64,000 nt of DNA from Pseudovirgaria hyperparasitica. Taxonomy: Eukaryota. The translations under genes and the position numbers were made by a program. Location: the NCBI GenBank assembly GCA_010093815.1, contig ML996565.1. The stretch is one strand, 5' to 3'. Below the pieces are notes generated by a model that saw nothing but the letters and a program-made list of their open reading frames with translations, was not told the origin of the DNA and did no database searches. Positions 36,174 through 48,379 of the stretch are shown piece by piece (positions within the stretch are counted from its first letter, which is position 1; each line of letters starts with the position of its first letter).

Positions 36174-38560
36174 ACTGGTGCTCATGTTTTATGGTCCTGA
36201 GCTTGACATCACCCTTTTCCACGTACTGGCCACCGTCTGCAGCACCACCTGTTGAATCCCATTGAACCCAGAACGGACTTGAAGTCGTCATCGGCAGGTA
36301 GGTTGCTTCAGTAGGCACACCCATGAGAAGGTGATGTAAGTGATGCGCATGCGTAGTAGGTGAGGTCAGGACGGCCCGCCCGCCCATACTCAAGACACGA
36401 AGAATGCGATCAATCTTGATCAAGAAGATCTTCTCCTCTAGACCTGATACGCCAAACTGACGAAGACATCCGCCCCGAATGCAACAGATTCGAGCGTGGC
36501 GATGCTCAAAGCGACAAGCTCATGAAGCAACTTCCAGAGCCATCTTCTCAAACGTGACATGTTGCAAAGCCGTGTTGGTCAAAGCGATCCCGGTTGGAGT
36601 GGTGATGATACCTACTGCCTTTAACGAGGACGAATAATCTTCATTCCAGAGCTCACTTTTCGAGAAATTGAGCAACTTGTGATTGTGTCACCCAGCACCT
36701 CATACATAACCTGCTACGTCGGTCGTTGAGCCCGACTTACGCATTTAACGCCTCCAACTGGCATAGTTGGGCGTATGGAAAATCTCCGAGCGGAATAAAT
36801 TTCGTCCCAACGACATGTGAAGCATTCCTCCATGCCAGAATCCTTAAGAGAATAGAGAAGCTTTCAACGTAGCACGCAGCAGTTTGCCAGTTCTAATCTA
36901 GTTCCATTGAATTTGAAGGATCAATTGACAACATCGAAGACGTTCTATTTATCCTTTATCCCCAGTTCTACTTGACTACAGCCAATCAGGATTTATCAAC
37001 TGCTCTATCGGCTCTTGGGTTCTAGGCACGGTACTACTATCACTAATATGTATTGATCGTCGGCCCTGCGCCGCCCGCAGACCCATGGAGCAGCTCAAGC
37101 TAAACCTCTTAGGGCTTCGTGCAATGAAATCTAGACACGTCTAGCCCTGCCTACTGGTTCAGACCTTCAGCAATTATTCCAGTGACAACGATGTTCCGAG
37201 AGCCAAGAGAGGGGGCTACGAAGGATTTATATATCACCCCTTGCGCCGCGAACTTGTGGATTGCCCAACGTTTATCGACCTATTTCACTCTTATATTTTC
37301 AGTATCTAAATTGGGGGCATACGATACCCTTAACTATTTGCCCAGCGCCTGCGTCGCTTCTATGAACGTCCGAGAATTCACATAAAAACTGCGCCGACAT
37401 TTGCTTTACTGCTAGTCCACACAAAGTCTCTTCGCCCACCGTACCCCGCAACATGACCGCACATACGTCCACGCATCAAAGGCACCCAAATATACCCTGC
37501 ACTACGTGCTCTCTCCTGCCCAGGACATCGAGGAACTCCACGTATCTTGCCCAAGTCAATTCATTACGGCACCCACCAAGAACGAAGCATGTACATATCC
37601 CGTCTTCGACATCGTCTACCTACGATCGGAGTGCATCCCTCGATTCCATTTCGGAACCATCACGAAAGAATGACTCACCAGGGGTTTGTCAACGTCCTGG
37701 CCGGGGTGTTAGGTTCGCGAACCGGAGTGTACCGCGGTTAGTCCCGATGTCGATGTTTCTATGTGCAATGTGGACATGGGTGAGAGAGCACCTTGGAGGT
37801 AAGGGATCACGGCAGAGGTCAAGGAGGTTGTTGTGAGGATGAATTGGTATGCAGGATGCACAACATATATCGCATCTAGGCTTAGACCACGTGCGAAGCA
37901 GGAGAAGAGGTCGACGCTTCCTGGTCAAAGGTGTACCAGGATGCCGAGAACACGTACGTTCTCGATCCCAGCAGCCACTATACATGCAGTATTGCAGGAC
38001 GCCTCAAGTCATGAAGTCAAACTCCGCCCAAGCGAATCGTGCTGATTGATATCCACCAAGCATAACAAATGACGCTGTTTCCGTTCATTCTCATCATCAA
38101 AACACCTCTCCCAACCATCCCCGGCCTTCCTTCGTTTGCTACACAGAAGACCAGCATGTCTCTCAGATTGTTCGGATCAACCTTTGTTCCAAGTTACAAT
38201 GGTTCGCTTTTCATCGATTTCAGAGTCCGATCCTATTCTTTGGCGACTCTGAACGAGTATGGTCGTGAGTTTGGCCTCCAACACACGCTCCATGGCACCC
38301 TAGAAACTACGCTACCACCCACGGCTTGTTTTGCCTACTTTTTGAATTTTTTTTCCAGCTCGATTTCTCTTTGCATATCACGAAAAATAATCAGTCCAAC
38401 AAAGCAACCCATCATCACTCATCAATCTTTCTACGATCTTTCAACAATTTGCCCTTCATACAACAACCAATTCGCACACCTAGCATCAGAACGATACACA
38501 TCAGTCTACTCGAGCATCCGATAAGTCACGATAGGGCTTGAGAATATACAGGCACCCACG

Positions 38561-39439
38561 ATGTCATCGCCGTCACGCGTCTCCTCAGTTTCCACCTCGC
38601 CTGCCGGGGTCCCCAAGCAGAACAACTCGGATCGGTCTGTCTCTATATCTCCCATTGACCTAAACGCTGCCACGTCGTCCAATACGCCGACAAGCCCTTC
38701 CACTTCAGCGCTCACGACGCCGTCTTCGGCACCAGTCTCCTCCTTCCTTGCCTTACCTGCCGAAATACGCAACCGAATCTACTTTGATACCCTTATCTCC
38801 CAATCAGTCATCGACCTAAATGCCACCACCTCTCCCTCAACATTCACAAACACCCCTATGTCACCGCCCTCCCACGCCCTTGCCATACTCGCCGTCAATA
38901 AGCAAGTCCACGCCGAAGCCTTCCCAGTATATCTTCATAACAACCGCTTCCGCTACCTCGTATCGGGGCCAAATGCCGACGACGTCATTGGAAACGGCGC
39001 AACCATCGACTTCCTCATGCGCGTCCCCAGCCTCGAAATAACCTTCGTCCTCGGCACAACGCCAATCCCAGTCTACGGCCACGCCGAAGAGCAGGGCCTA
39101 TGCTGTGCCGCACTATACATAGCGTCTTTGCTCTCGTATTCGACAAGCCTCAAAGACATAAAGATCCATTTTGAGGACGCGCGCGAGACAACGGGCAATT
39201 GGAACACACTTGTGCTGTCGCCCGGTCGCCTGTGTAAATGTCTTCTGGAGCCCTTTCGCAAGATCCGTGTTAGTGGGCGGGCTGTAATTACGTTCAGTAA
39301 GTGGTGGGTTGAGGAGAAGTCGCCCACGTGTCACGTAGAGGATTATGTGCCAGCACCACCGCACGGTATGGAGTGGGAGTGGAGGGACAGACTAAAGGCC
39401 GATATTGAAGGGGCCGTGGACACGGATGGGAATGGTTGA
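38561..39439 (+). CDS. F-box-like/2EXR-type motif protein
   Basis: SFLALPAEIRNRIY followed by AILAVNKQVHAEA..YLHNNRF, hallmark of expanded Dothideomycete-type F-box-like families. Confidence 0.8.
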   Translation: MSSPSRVSSVSTSPAGVPKQNNSDRSVSISPIDLNAATSSNTPTSPSTSALTTPSSAPVSSFLALPAEIRNRIYFDTLISQSVIDLNATTSPSTFTNTPMSPPSHALAILAVNKQVHAEAFPVYLHNNRFRYLVSGPNADDVIGNGATIDFLMRVPSLEITFVLGTTPIPVYGHAEEQGLCCAALYIASLLSYSTSLKDIKIHFEDARETTGNWNTLVLSPGRLCKCLLEPFRKIRVSGRAVITFSKWWVEEKSPTCHVEDYVPAPPHGMEWEWRDRLKADIEGAVDTDGNG

Positions 39440-40055
39440 TGTGAAAGAATGGTTCCATGGAGGATGCAGTTATGAGTTCTTGAAGTTCATTCTGCAAGGT
39501 TCGGTAATTATGCTCATGAAGACTGCTTGGTGTAATCTATAGGTTAAGCTTGTAGATACTGTTTGGTATAAGTTGGTCTTCAAATGGGATGAGAGAAATC
39601 TGTAATAACCATAGAATGACTTTGAGCCATCAATATCGTGAGCAATGTTGAAATAGCTTGGGTGATTCAAGTGATGGAACCTACGTGGGTAATTTGGGCA
39701 ACTCAAACAATGAAAACTGTATACAAAATGGGCTGGCTATTCCTCATTCTAACAGTCTATAAATGCAGCCAATAAACACTATATTTTCAGTCACTGTGAA
39801 GCCACCAGGTGTGTACGACTTAGCATTCTCCAATCAATGGATATATCCCATCCTTGCTACGAGCTATCCCCGTTGTGGTCACCTGCTTCTTTAAGCAGCG
39901 CGACTCTTCCTGCCTGTTTGACAAAGTTCTGCTTACGAGATGTAGCGGAATCCCGGAGCCATTGGGAGGGAAGCTGGCAACACCTATAAACTTCAAATTT
40001 AGTCATGGTCTCTATCTTCTCCTTTGCAATGTTGTCTCAAGCTCTTGCACAAAGT

Positions 40056-42164
40056 CTAAAATCCCAAATCATCTCCTCCCAACGCACTATAGCCCTCGTC
40101 AGGCCAGTTCCAGGATGCCAAGCTCTCGATTCCGATTCCGGTACACATTCTAGTATCCAAAGGGCCCAAATCCTCCTCCAAGCTACTGCTCACACCGAAT
40201 TCATCCACGTCGGAACCAACGCCATCCATTGTCGCCTGGACGGCCTCACTCAATGTCCCCGCAAGCACATACCCGAATTCCCGCCCCACACATTCCAGCC
40301 TCTCCATAATCCAGGTCTTCTGCGCCCACCCGTGAGCCATGATACCAGCGAAGCACAGTGGCCATATAATCTGCCCAGCGCTGATGAGGCGTGCATAGCG
40401 GCCATTAGGGGCACCTGAAGTCGCAAAATGAAGCGTTGGAAGGTTGGGATTCCTTGCTGTCGATGCGATAGCTGGAGGTCTGCTCAAAGAGGAAGACTCC
40501 ATCTGCGGTGGGCTAATACCTGCAGATGAGGAAGTGCTCCCTGGTGTATCGACGATCAGATAGTCTGGTATCGTATTCATGGAGCTTACTGGCGGTGATG
40601 GAGGCATCTCGCGATAACCTATATGGAAGGGTGTAGCCGCACAAATATCGTCAATAACATCTTGAATCTGCGCACGGGTATTCGGTAGCTGGGTCCAGAG
40701 CGTTTCAAACTCACTCGACCAGCCAGCGCTCAGCTGTGTACATATCATCACCTGTCTCATTGTGAACAAACGAAGAGTCCGGAAGTGGGCCCAGTCATTT
40801 GCCACCCAAAAGGACGTATATTGGTGTACTGTAGGCTTGTATATATCGGGCGAGGCGATGGACAGAGTGTGGGTGGTATATTCATGGCCAAGGGGAAGTT
40901 GCGATGGCCGGGATGCTAGGGCAGCAGAGAGTGATATTAGTGACGATACGATGGCGGATGCTTCTGACGTAGCAGGATATGCGAATGAAGCGTGTGACTG
41001 GAGGGTTGTGATGCGTATCTGGAGCATGAGAGCGGTGCAAGTATGCCTCCAGAGGATTTCGCGAGGAGTAAGCGAGGGTTTCACGGTAAGAGCAGAGTAG
41101 AGGTGTTCAAGTATTTTGATGTCGAATGCAAGAGGGGCCTCGAAGCACACGAAATGGTACATCTAACGACATTGTCAGATTTCCAGAACAAGTTCCTGGT
41201 AGATAGGAAAATATCGTCCAATACTGCGTCGAAAGACTTTCTTAGTTGTGCGATCATATATGCTTCTGTCTTTCATGTGCTGTCGCCGCATATATTGGTC
41301 GGCATAGGGAAAGAAAAAGAGAGATAGTGGTACTCACCGCTTGGGAGATGAGACCGCAGAGCAGTCTTTGGGTGATGGGATCTGAGTATTCGGTTTCTTG
41401 TAGGCCCTGTACGATAGACGCTGCCGCGGTGATATGCCAAGCAAGTCCTGGAGTGGGCACTCCAGTCATTCCCTGCGTCGGTCAGATTAGCTAGACTCGT
41501 GAGACGCAGAATCAATGTTTCTACCACTATACCTCGTATATGTTGAGCACGAAGATGCAGGTTATTATTTCGTTGCTGTTTATTGACTTCGACCTCTCGC
41601 TGGCGACGAGTTCTCTTGCGAGTCTAGAGCTTTCTGATACATGACCAGGGAACTGTTATCGTTGACAGCGCCTTTCCCATCCCGAGCAGCTAATGCGATT
41701 ACGAGAGCAGTCAGTGCAGGTCGTATCGGCGACCCTTCTCTCATGCTCTTATACAGATCCCTAAAATTCGCCAAGCTGCCACCGAAAATACCCTCGGCTT
41801 GAGGAAACTGGGTGATATCTTGGAAGAACTTCTCTAGATACAGGTCGGTAAGGACTAGACCCGGAGATATACCGTATTTCGACATTTCTATAGAGATTGC
41901 TGCTGCGCGTGCTAGCGGGTCCGGAGGCTTCGGTCCGGAGTGAGTCCTATGGCGTTTGGGTGTGTCTAGGTTCCGAGCCGGTGATATCAGTCGGTATCCC
42001 TTACATTCTCGATGCGCCTTGATACATCTACCGCAGATAGGTTTAGCTTCATCGCACTGTATTCAGGATCAGAGTAGTATAGCATATTCTAGCACATAAC
42101 AAACCTTTACTTTGCGAGCAATGCACGTAATGCATCCAGTACTAGCTTTGCCAGTATAGACCAT
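40056..42164 (-). pseudogene. Zn(II)2Cys6 transcription factor with a -1 frameshift near 41625 (pseudogene or assembly error)
   Basis: MVYTGKASTGCITCIARKVK|CDEAKPICGRCIKAHRECKGY across intron 42057-42104; frame stops at 41580, but a shift at GCTCTAGACTC restores YQKALRLARELV...NEIITCIFVLNIYE followed by a GT donor; downstream exons open to 40056 (IIWPL motif). Confidence 0.75.
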
Positions 42165-42263
42165 CTCGTATATGTCTCGCAATGTACAAGCTCGCAAGCT
42201 CCTCGTGGTGACATTACGAGTGTACGCTGCGTGTGAGTCCGGTCAGTACATTTAAGTCACGAC

Positions 42264-42622
42264 TTCGGGTCCGACATGTGGTGAGGAGCCACAGTATGAT
42301 GAGAGACGTGAGGCTGACCGCTCCCCATGCGCACATAGCATCTCTGCTTTGGAACTAGCGAAGGTCTTCGATTGGCTGGATTTTCCCTTGTCAAAGGCCG
42401 TCGATGTCTTGGTTTGAAGAAGCTTCTTGATATGTCAAACTTTAAACACCAAACACCGCAGCCAAGCCATTGCATCTTCGGTTAGTTCACATCAAGGAGG
42501 CACCAGCCCAATTTGCGACGTTCTCTCTGAGTAATTGACGTTAATATCATCCATCTTGTGCGATTATAGAGACATAGAAGCAGAGAAGGGAGTTCTGTTT
42601 CATCTCCTCCATCGGACCCGAA
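42264..42622. promoter_or_regulatory. Two inverted copies of an 11-bp CGG-N2-CCG element in the bidirectional promoter of the two Zn2Cys6 genes
   Basis: TTCGGGTCCGA at 42264-42274 and its exact reverse complement TCGGACCCGAA at 42612-42622. Confidence 0.4.
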
Positions 42623-43069
42623 TCACTCAATCACCCAGAGCGCGCCGTGTGCTTAGGCTGTCTTATTCGCTGTAACCAGTTTTCAGACGGATTTTCACGA
42701 GGCTCGTGCTTAGATGATGTGGTGCGTAGGAAACGCAGACTTGAGCCTGACCAACCTATAGCAAATGCTGAATGATGTTGCAACAAATCCACGGAGGCAT
42801 GTCTCAAGAGAAACATGATAAGGAGACAAGGATCATGCCGCAATCGCAAACTTGACCCAACGCTTGGCATAACGCGCTAGTCTGTACGGGGCTTCTAAGA
42901 TTGCAATACTAACCTATTATGGTTACGTTTTCGCAAAACACGTGACACTCAGCATCCTTCGACGCATCATCGAGCCGTCTCACCTCCTTTGCACATCGAT
43001 GCAGATGTTGTATAGATATGGATCTACATCTAAAAGCCATCGGAAGTACATGATTCAAATTCCGGTGTG

Positions 43070-44859
43070 ATGGTAAATCCAGGCAAGCCAAGCACGGGCT
43101 GCTACACATGCCGGAAACGGCGCATCAAGGTAAGCATAGCGTAGCCTTTTGCAGCCGAAACCGGTTACCACGCTGATGATTGCATGTGGCAGTGCGATGA
43201 ACGTAGACCTTTCTGTTTTCGATGCGAAAAGTCCCGCCGAGTTTGCTATGGCTATCGCGGTGAGCATGATCATGTTTTCCGCTCCGAGAATGTGGTTTCC
43301 AGGGGGCATGCAACAATCCACCGACAACGGACGATGTTCGAATATGTGACTAGCATGAATGGCTTCACAGATCCCACTGCACACTCTTTCTTTCCAGTCG
43401 ACCCAGAGTCTTTGGTACTGCTACATCTTTTCAGTCATGCGGAATGGAAGGAGAACAGCATTTTGTTGATTGCCAAGGACATGCGGCAGAATGCTTTACC
43501 ATCATCGCCAATCACGCCCATCACAACGGCGTTTGCTTGGGTGAATGCGCCTCTGAGTCCTTACACTACTAACTCATTCGATCATGCTCGAATTAAGTAT
43601 ACGGAAGCAGTGGTCAAAATGCGAAAGATGCTTGAGGACCCCTCTCAAGCTTCGAACAACGAGCTTCTCTTATCTATGGTCATGCTTGCTATGCTAGAGG
43701 TAGCTATACTGTGATGAAACACACCGGGTAAACGACTTCAGACTGACGCCTTTAAGGTTGCTATCGGAAATTCTGCGCGGCCCAACGAAGGTGTTCTGAC
43801 TCACCTCCGAGGGGCTGTACATTTCGTTGAGGAGACTCGAAAGATGTCTCATTTGAGAGGTGCTATGAGTCTTATAGAGGCTACAAAGAATGATGGCACT
43901 TCGGAGGCCTTCAACCCCCTGATACTAGCAGTAATGATGATACATCTGGTACGACACGTAGCTATCTGAGTTGTCCCAAATCAGTGCTAAAACCTATTCA
44001 GATATTGGCATGGATCGTCAATCCACTACCCCATGCACTACAGATGCATGCGGCCATGAAAAATTTCAGTCTTACAGCAGGACCTCTGTTACGTCTACCG
44101 ACTTTCTTTGCCCGTCTGACACAGCTTGGGGTCACTACTGCAGAGGTTCACACTGAGCTCAGATCATATCGAGCAACGCAATGGGCCGGAGTCACCGACG
44201 AGAAACTTGCTCGACTATACTCAAAGTGCTGCCGGCTAGCATGCCGACTGTCGAAGGCAATCCCTCAGAATTATTGTGTTGATGAAACGTGCCCAGTGGA
44301 GAGTGAGCCTCTGAAATTTAACGACACGTGGGACAACCCGAACCAGCGAGACTGGAGTATATGGGGCCGCAGAGATTTTAGCACTGTATGCCTATACCGA
44401 ATAATCGTTTGCGTCGCATCGCGTCGATGCATTGCACGTATGATGGATGCAATGTCTTTTGACGACCCAAATGCTATCTACCATATGATCGCCTTGGAGG
44501 ATGCCGACAACAAAGTGAAGAACCTCCTCTCACTGGCCTGCCAAGACATTTTTGATATGGTACCACATTTCTTCGACGCATCTTGCCCACCGAGTCCCAT
44601 CCCAAAGGACGCGGGCTCGGGGGATGACAATATGGCTTTCTGGGGTGTACAAAAACCAAAGATAGGCGCATACCTGCTCATGATGCCATTGAGAGCTATC
44701 ATGTCCATACCGGAGCTTCCACAGGAGACCTATGACAAGGTTGTCTCGATTGCCGTCCAACTTTCCCAGGGAACAGGCATAGATTTGGAATACATAATGG
44801 TAAGATTGTGCGGAAATCTGTTTGAGGAGGATGCCCGAACAAACTGCTTTTTCACATGA
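43070..44859 (+). CDS. Zn(II)2Cys6 fungal transcription factor
   Basis: MVNPGKPSTGCYTCRKRRIK|CDERRPFCFRCEKSRRVCYGY across intron 43130-43192; Y.EAV...NNELLLSMVMLAMLE, HLRGA, GAYLLMMPL; further introns ~43700-43756 and ~43949-44001. Confidence 0.9.
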
Positions 44860-45269
44860 AGAGCAGTAATACGGTCGGCATGGGCTGGCAAAATGTTTCC
44901 TGCTGCTCACTGCACTAGCACAGTGAAGCAGCAAATATCTATTTCGTCCTCTTATGGCATATAAGGGACACTCAGTACACCCCGTCAATGCAGGCTATGA
45001 ACATCAACCCACTGAAGTTTCATCGATCGGTAACACGAAAAGCAGTTCTTCTACACCTTCCACGGTTGAACAGGGAGTTGACTACACAAGTCTTCACTAC
45101 CGGGTCGTCACCTTACGTTATCAAACTGATTCACTAAACCCCAACACGCTCCCTCAGACGCATTGTTCAGCCGACCCGGCATTTCGCCACTAGCTACCTC
45201 CACTCCTTAACCTTCCCTTTACCTCTGGTTCAGGGCACAATTGCTGCACGGCATCTGTGGCACCTCAAC

Positions 45270-46997
45270 ATGGCTTCACAGGAACCTGAAAGAGATCGCT
45301 TTGCAAATCCAACTGCTATACAGGAACCTGACAAAGAGCTGTTCGCAACTCCGTCTGCAGCGCAAGAATTCCACCACTCTTTCGCTACCCCAAAGCGCAA
45401 GCTATCCAGAAAGGATGTGAACCGCGATTGGCCAATCGAGCCTAAATCTCCTCCAGATACCAGCCCAAAGCAAGCTCTCCGAGTAGAGCTACCCAACATC
45501 TCCCCATACTCACAGTCGACCGAGAGTTTTCTCGAAATGGATTCAAGCATGCTGCGTGACGATCCGCCGAACAGCGTTGTAGATGAGACGGAGACATTTC
45601 TTTGGGACTCGCCGCTACCTTCATCATCTATGATCGACGAAGACGACAAAGGGCCGCAGGACCAAGCGCAAAATCATGAATCGCATGTTGTACCTTCTTC
45701 CGTGGAGGACGAGCGCTCGAGTTCGTCAGCTCTAGTTGATTTGATCGACTTGACCGAGCACGATGACATCAACACCGATCTACTGTCGCACACAAATGAA
45801 AATTCCATCTACCATACAACGTCGTCTGATGATGAGTGCCCAGCACACATGTCCGAGGGTTACATCGAAGCAGGTTCTCCTCCAAGTACCCCAACACTCG
45901 GATCTCGCATTCTAGCACGCAGTCCAAGCAGCCGCCTAGAGACAGCTTTTCATCTACAAATACCAAGTGAGGAGTTCCTGAGCCCATTCGACCATGCAGT
46001 AAAAAGCGACAATTCAAACACTTCCCTCAGCAGCCCTGCCATCCTCGCTCCTACCCCAGCGTCTGCACATGAGCAGAAACACTCGCCATTTCCTACACAG
46101 CCTCATACTGCCAGCTTCGACTGTGAGACTGTCCGCTTAGGAAAATTCAAGAATACATCGTCGTCTATTTTGACGAAGGACATAGTTGAATCAGAGGAAC
46201 ATCAGTTGAAGAGAAAGATCAGTCAGGTTGACAAACCTATCGAGCATTCGCCCGTGAAGATGCTGCGCAAGGACTCAGACATGAGTGAACTTCATCTTGA
46301 TATTGACCTTGCACTTTCACCTCCCTCTCGCATGTCTAAGATTGTCAAATGGCTTACCAAATTTATTTTCACTATGACCGGAACTCTTCTTGTCAGTTTC
46401 TCAGGCTGGCTCATCGATCAAGTCAGGTTGAGCGATAATAGGCCAAACGTTTATGGATACGTCATCTTGAGCTCCATATTCTTCCTGGGGTACAAGCTTA
46501 TACTTTACGGTAGGCCGTCTGATGAGGTGGGCGCACCCACGGGTGGTGATACGTTCGAGGGACTGGCGCGACAGGTTGACAAAGAGTTGGAAGACAAACT
46601 TCAAGACAGTGCGAAGACCCAGATGAGCAATGAATATGTTAAGATCAATGCGAAGGAAGCGCAAGGACGAGTCGGAAAGCAAGTAGTCAAGTCTAAAGAG
46701 AAGCACAATGGACCGAAGAAGCCTACAGCATCCGAGCCGAAGCGTTCCACGAAAGGTGGCCTGCCTAAAGACTCTCTAGATTCAGGTCACAAGTGTAGCG
46801 CTGCATTGTCCGACAGGGGTACGCGTAGCAAAGATCAGACTTGCAAAAGCCAACCTACAGGAGTCAAACCTGCGAAGAAGAACGTTACCCGAACGATCGA
46901 GGACGAGGAGGAAAACCTTGATGATCAGCTCGAATGGGCGTATAACATGCGAAAGGAAAAAAACGCCCTTAGGGCACGAGCGGCTGTTAAGGATTAG
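45270..46997 (+). CDS. Hypothetical protein, acidic/Ser-Pro-rich N-terminus, two predicted TM helices, Lys-rich C-terminus
   Basis: 575-aa ATG ORF; hydrophobic segments FIFTMTGTLLVSFSGWLI and VYGYVILSSIFFLGYKLILY. Confidence 0.7.
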   Translation: MASQEPERDRFANPTAIQEPDKELFATPSAAQEFHHSFATPKRKLSRKDVNRDWPIEPKSPPDTSPKQALRVELPNISPYSQSTESFLEMDSSMLRDDPPNSVVDETETFLWDSPLPSSSMIDEDDKGPQDQAQNHESHVVPSSVEDERSSSSALVDLIDLTEHDDINTDLLSHTNENSIYHTTSSDDECPAHMSEGYIEAGSPPSTPTLGSRILARSPSSRLETAFHLQIPSEEFLSPFDHAVKSDNSNTSLSSPAILAPTPASAHEQKHSPFPTQPHTASFDCETVRLGKFKNTSSSILTKDIVESEEHQLKRKISQVDKPIEHSPVKMLRKDSDMSELHLDIDLALSPPSRMSKIVKWLTKFIFTMTGTLLVSFSGWLIDQVRLSDNRPNVYGYVILSSIFFLGYKLILYGRPSDEVGAPTGGDTFEGLARQVDKELEDKLQDSAKTQMSNEYVKINAKEAQGRVGKQVVKSKEKHNGPKKPTASEPKRSTKGGLPKDSLDSGHKCSAALSDRGTRSKDQTCKSQPTGVKPAKKNVTRTIEDEEENLDDQLEWAYNMRKEKNALRARAAVKD

Positions 46998-47296
46998 CGT
47001 AACTGACGGAAGGTTGTTGGCCAACACAATCCGTCGTGATTGCCTACATAAAGGAGCGACTACATCTACGCATGCTAATCGCTATCCATTCAATTGAGCT
47101 ATTTGAGAAGGAAGGAATAGTAGGAAACTGTACACTATAAATGCTTAATGAAAGCTCTACTCGAGGATGATTGTAATGCTACAATATGAAGTATTGACTG
47201 ACCGGAATATGCGAGGTTCCAACTCACAATGATGCTGGTCACATCAATACTGACTGTTCCATCGAAATCCACCTCCGTTTCCGGCAAACATAGAGA

Positions 47297-47306
47297 ACCT
47301 CGGCTA
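47297..47306. promoter_or_regulatory. Putative FarA site ACCTCGGCTA upstream of thioesterase
   Basis: CCTCGG core ~137 bp upstream of ATG; same 10-mer upstream of PEX11C. Confidence 0.55.
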
Positions 47307-47434
47307 TACTAAATACCCAACTCGGGAAAAGATGTCCAATCAACAAACCACATCAGTTCATCACGTAATTGTTCTGCTATTATTATGTTCTTGACCATGT
47401 TACAGGAGTATCAAAGTGTACAAAGTATCCCAAC

Positions 47435-48178
47435 ATGTCGGACTTCGCCAACGGCGCCATCGGCTTTGACGTCAGCATCGCAGACCCGGTCGCGCGGATT
47501 CAAAGCTTCATCGACAAATGGCATCAAGCAAAGGACTACAACGTATGGCTACCCATCTATAACTTCTTACCCTCATGTCTGTCTCAGACGATTGCCTTGC
47601 ACATCTAACACGCCCAGGGCTTCGACGCCGCCTTGATGCGTCACATTCGCATCATTTCCACCTCTCTATCCCCTTCTTCTTCTTCATCCAGTCCTGGCGT
47701 TGATGACATGTCCTATCCTGCAACAGTTGCCACAGCAAAATTCACTCTCCTCACCATCCCTGCTCTCTGTAACCCCATGAGTCGCATGCATGGTGGCGCC
47801 GTCGCTCTGCTCGTCGACATGGCAACCACAATGACGACGGCAGTGATCAGCAAGGAGGGATGGTGGGAATTCGGCGGGGTGAGTAGGAAGTTGGCAGTCA
47901 CTTACTTGCGGCCAATTCTGGGGGATGCAGAGATCACGATTCTGTGCGAGTTGAGGAGTGTGGGAAAGCGGTTGAGTGCGTACAGCCCTTTCTTTTCCCT
48001 CTTTGGTCGTGGCTAGGAAGGGTATATGTATGATGGCCCGCGAGGCGTGTGGACGCTGACTTGTCCAGCGTTTTGTCAATGTCTCATCGAAGACGAGCAG
48101 GGAAATCTGTTAGCGGTTGGCGAGCATGATAAAAGCGCGTTGAGCACGTCGGATCCAAGCCGCAAAAGCAAGATGTGA
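47435..48178 (+). CDS. PaaI/4HBT hot-dog acyl-CoA thioesterase (Acot13-like), C-terminal PTS1 SKM
   Basis: CNPMSRMHGGAVALLVDMATT, GGVSRKLAVTYLRP, VGKRL; introns 47543-47617 and 47976-48068; ends GEHDK...RKSKM*. Confidence 0.88.
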
Positions 48179-48379
48179 CAAATTGCTATCACAGAGTGCT
48201 GGCTGGTGAGGGGACCGCAAAGGTTGGGGGTCTCTGCCCAACTCGCGCGCTGGTTGAGGCCCATAGAGTCATACGTAATCGTAGTTCAACCCATAATTTG
48301 GGGTAGAAATCTAGTAAGACTTGATAGGCAGTGGTATCGGAAAATGACGTCGCTATATAGATGTTAACAAAAAGACAGT

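Noticed and set aside
37182..38541. Cluster of 60-150 aa ORFs upstream of the F-box-like gene
   Set aside because: No coding-like composition or motifs recognised.
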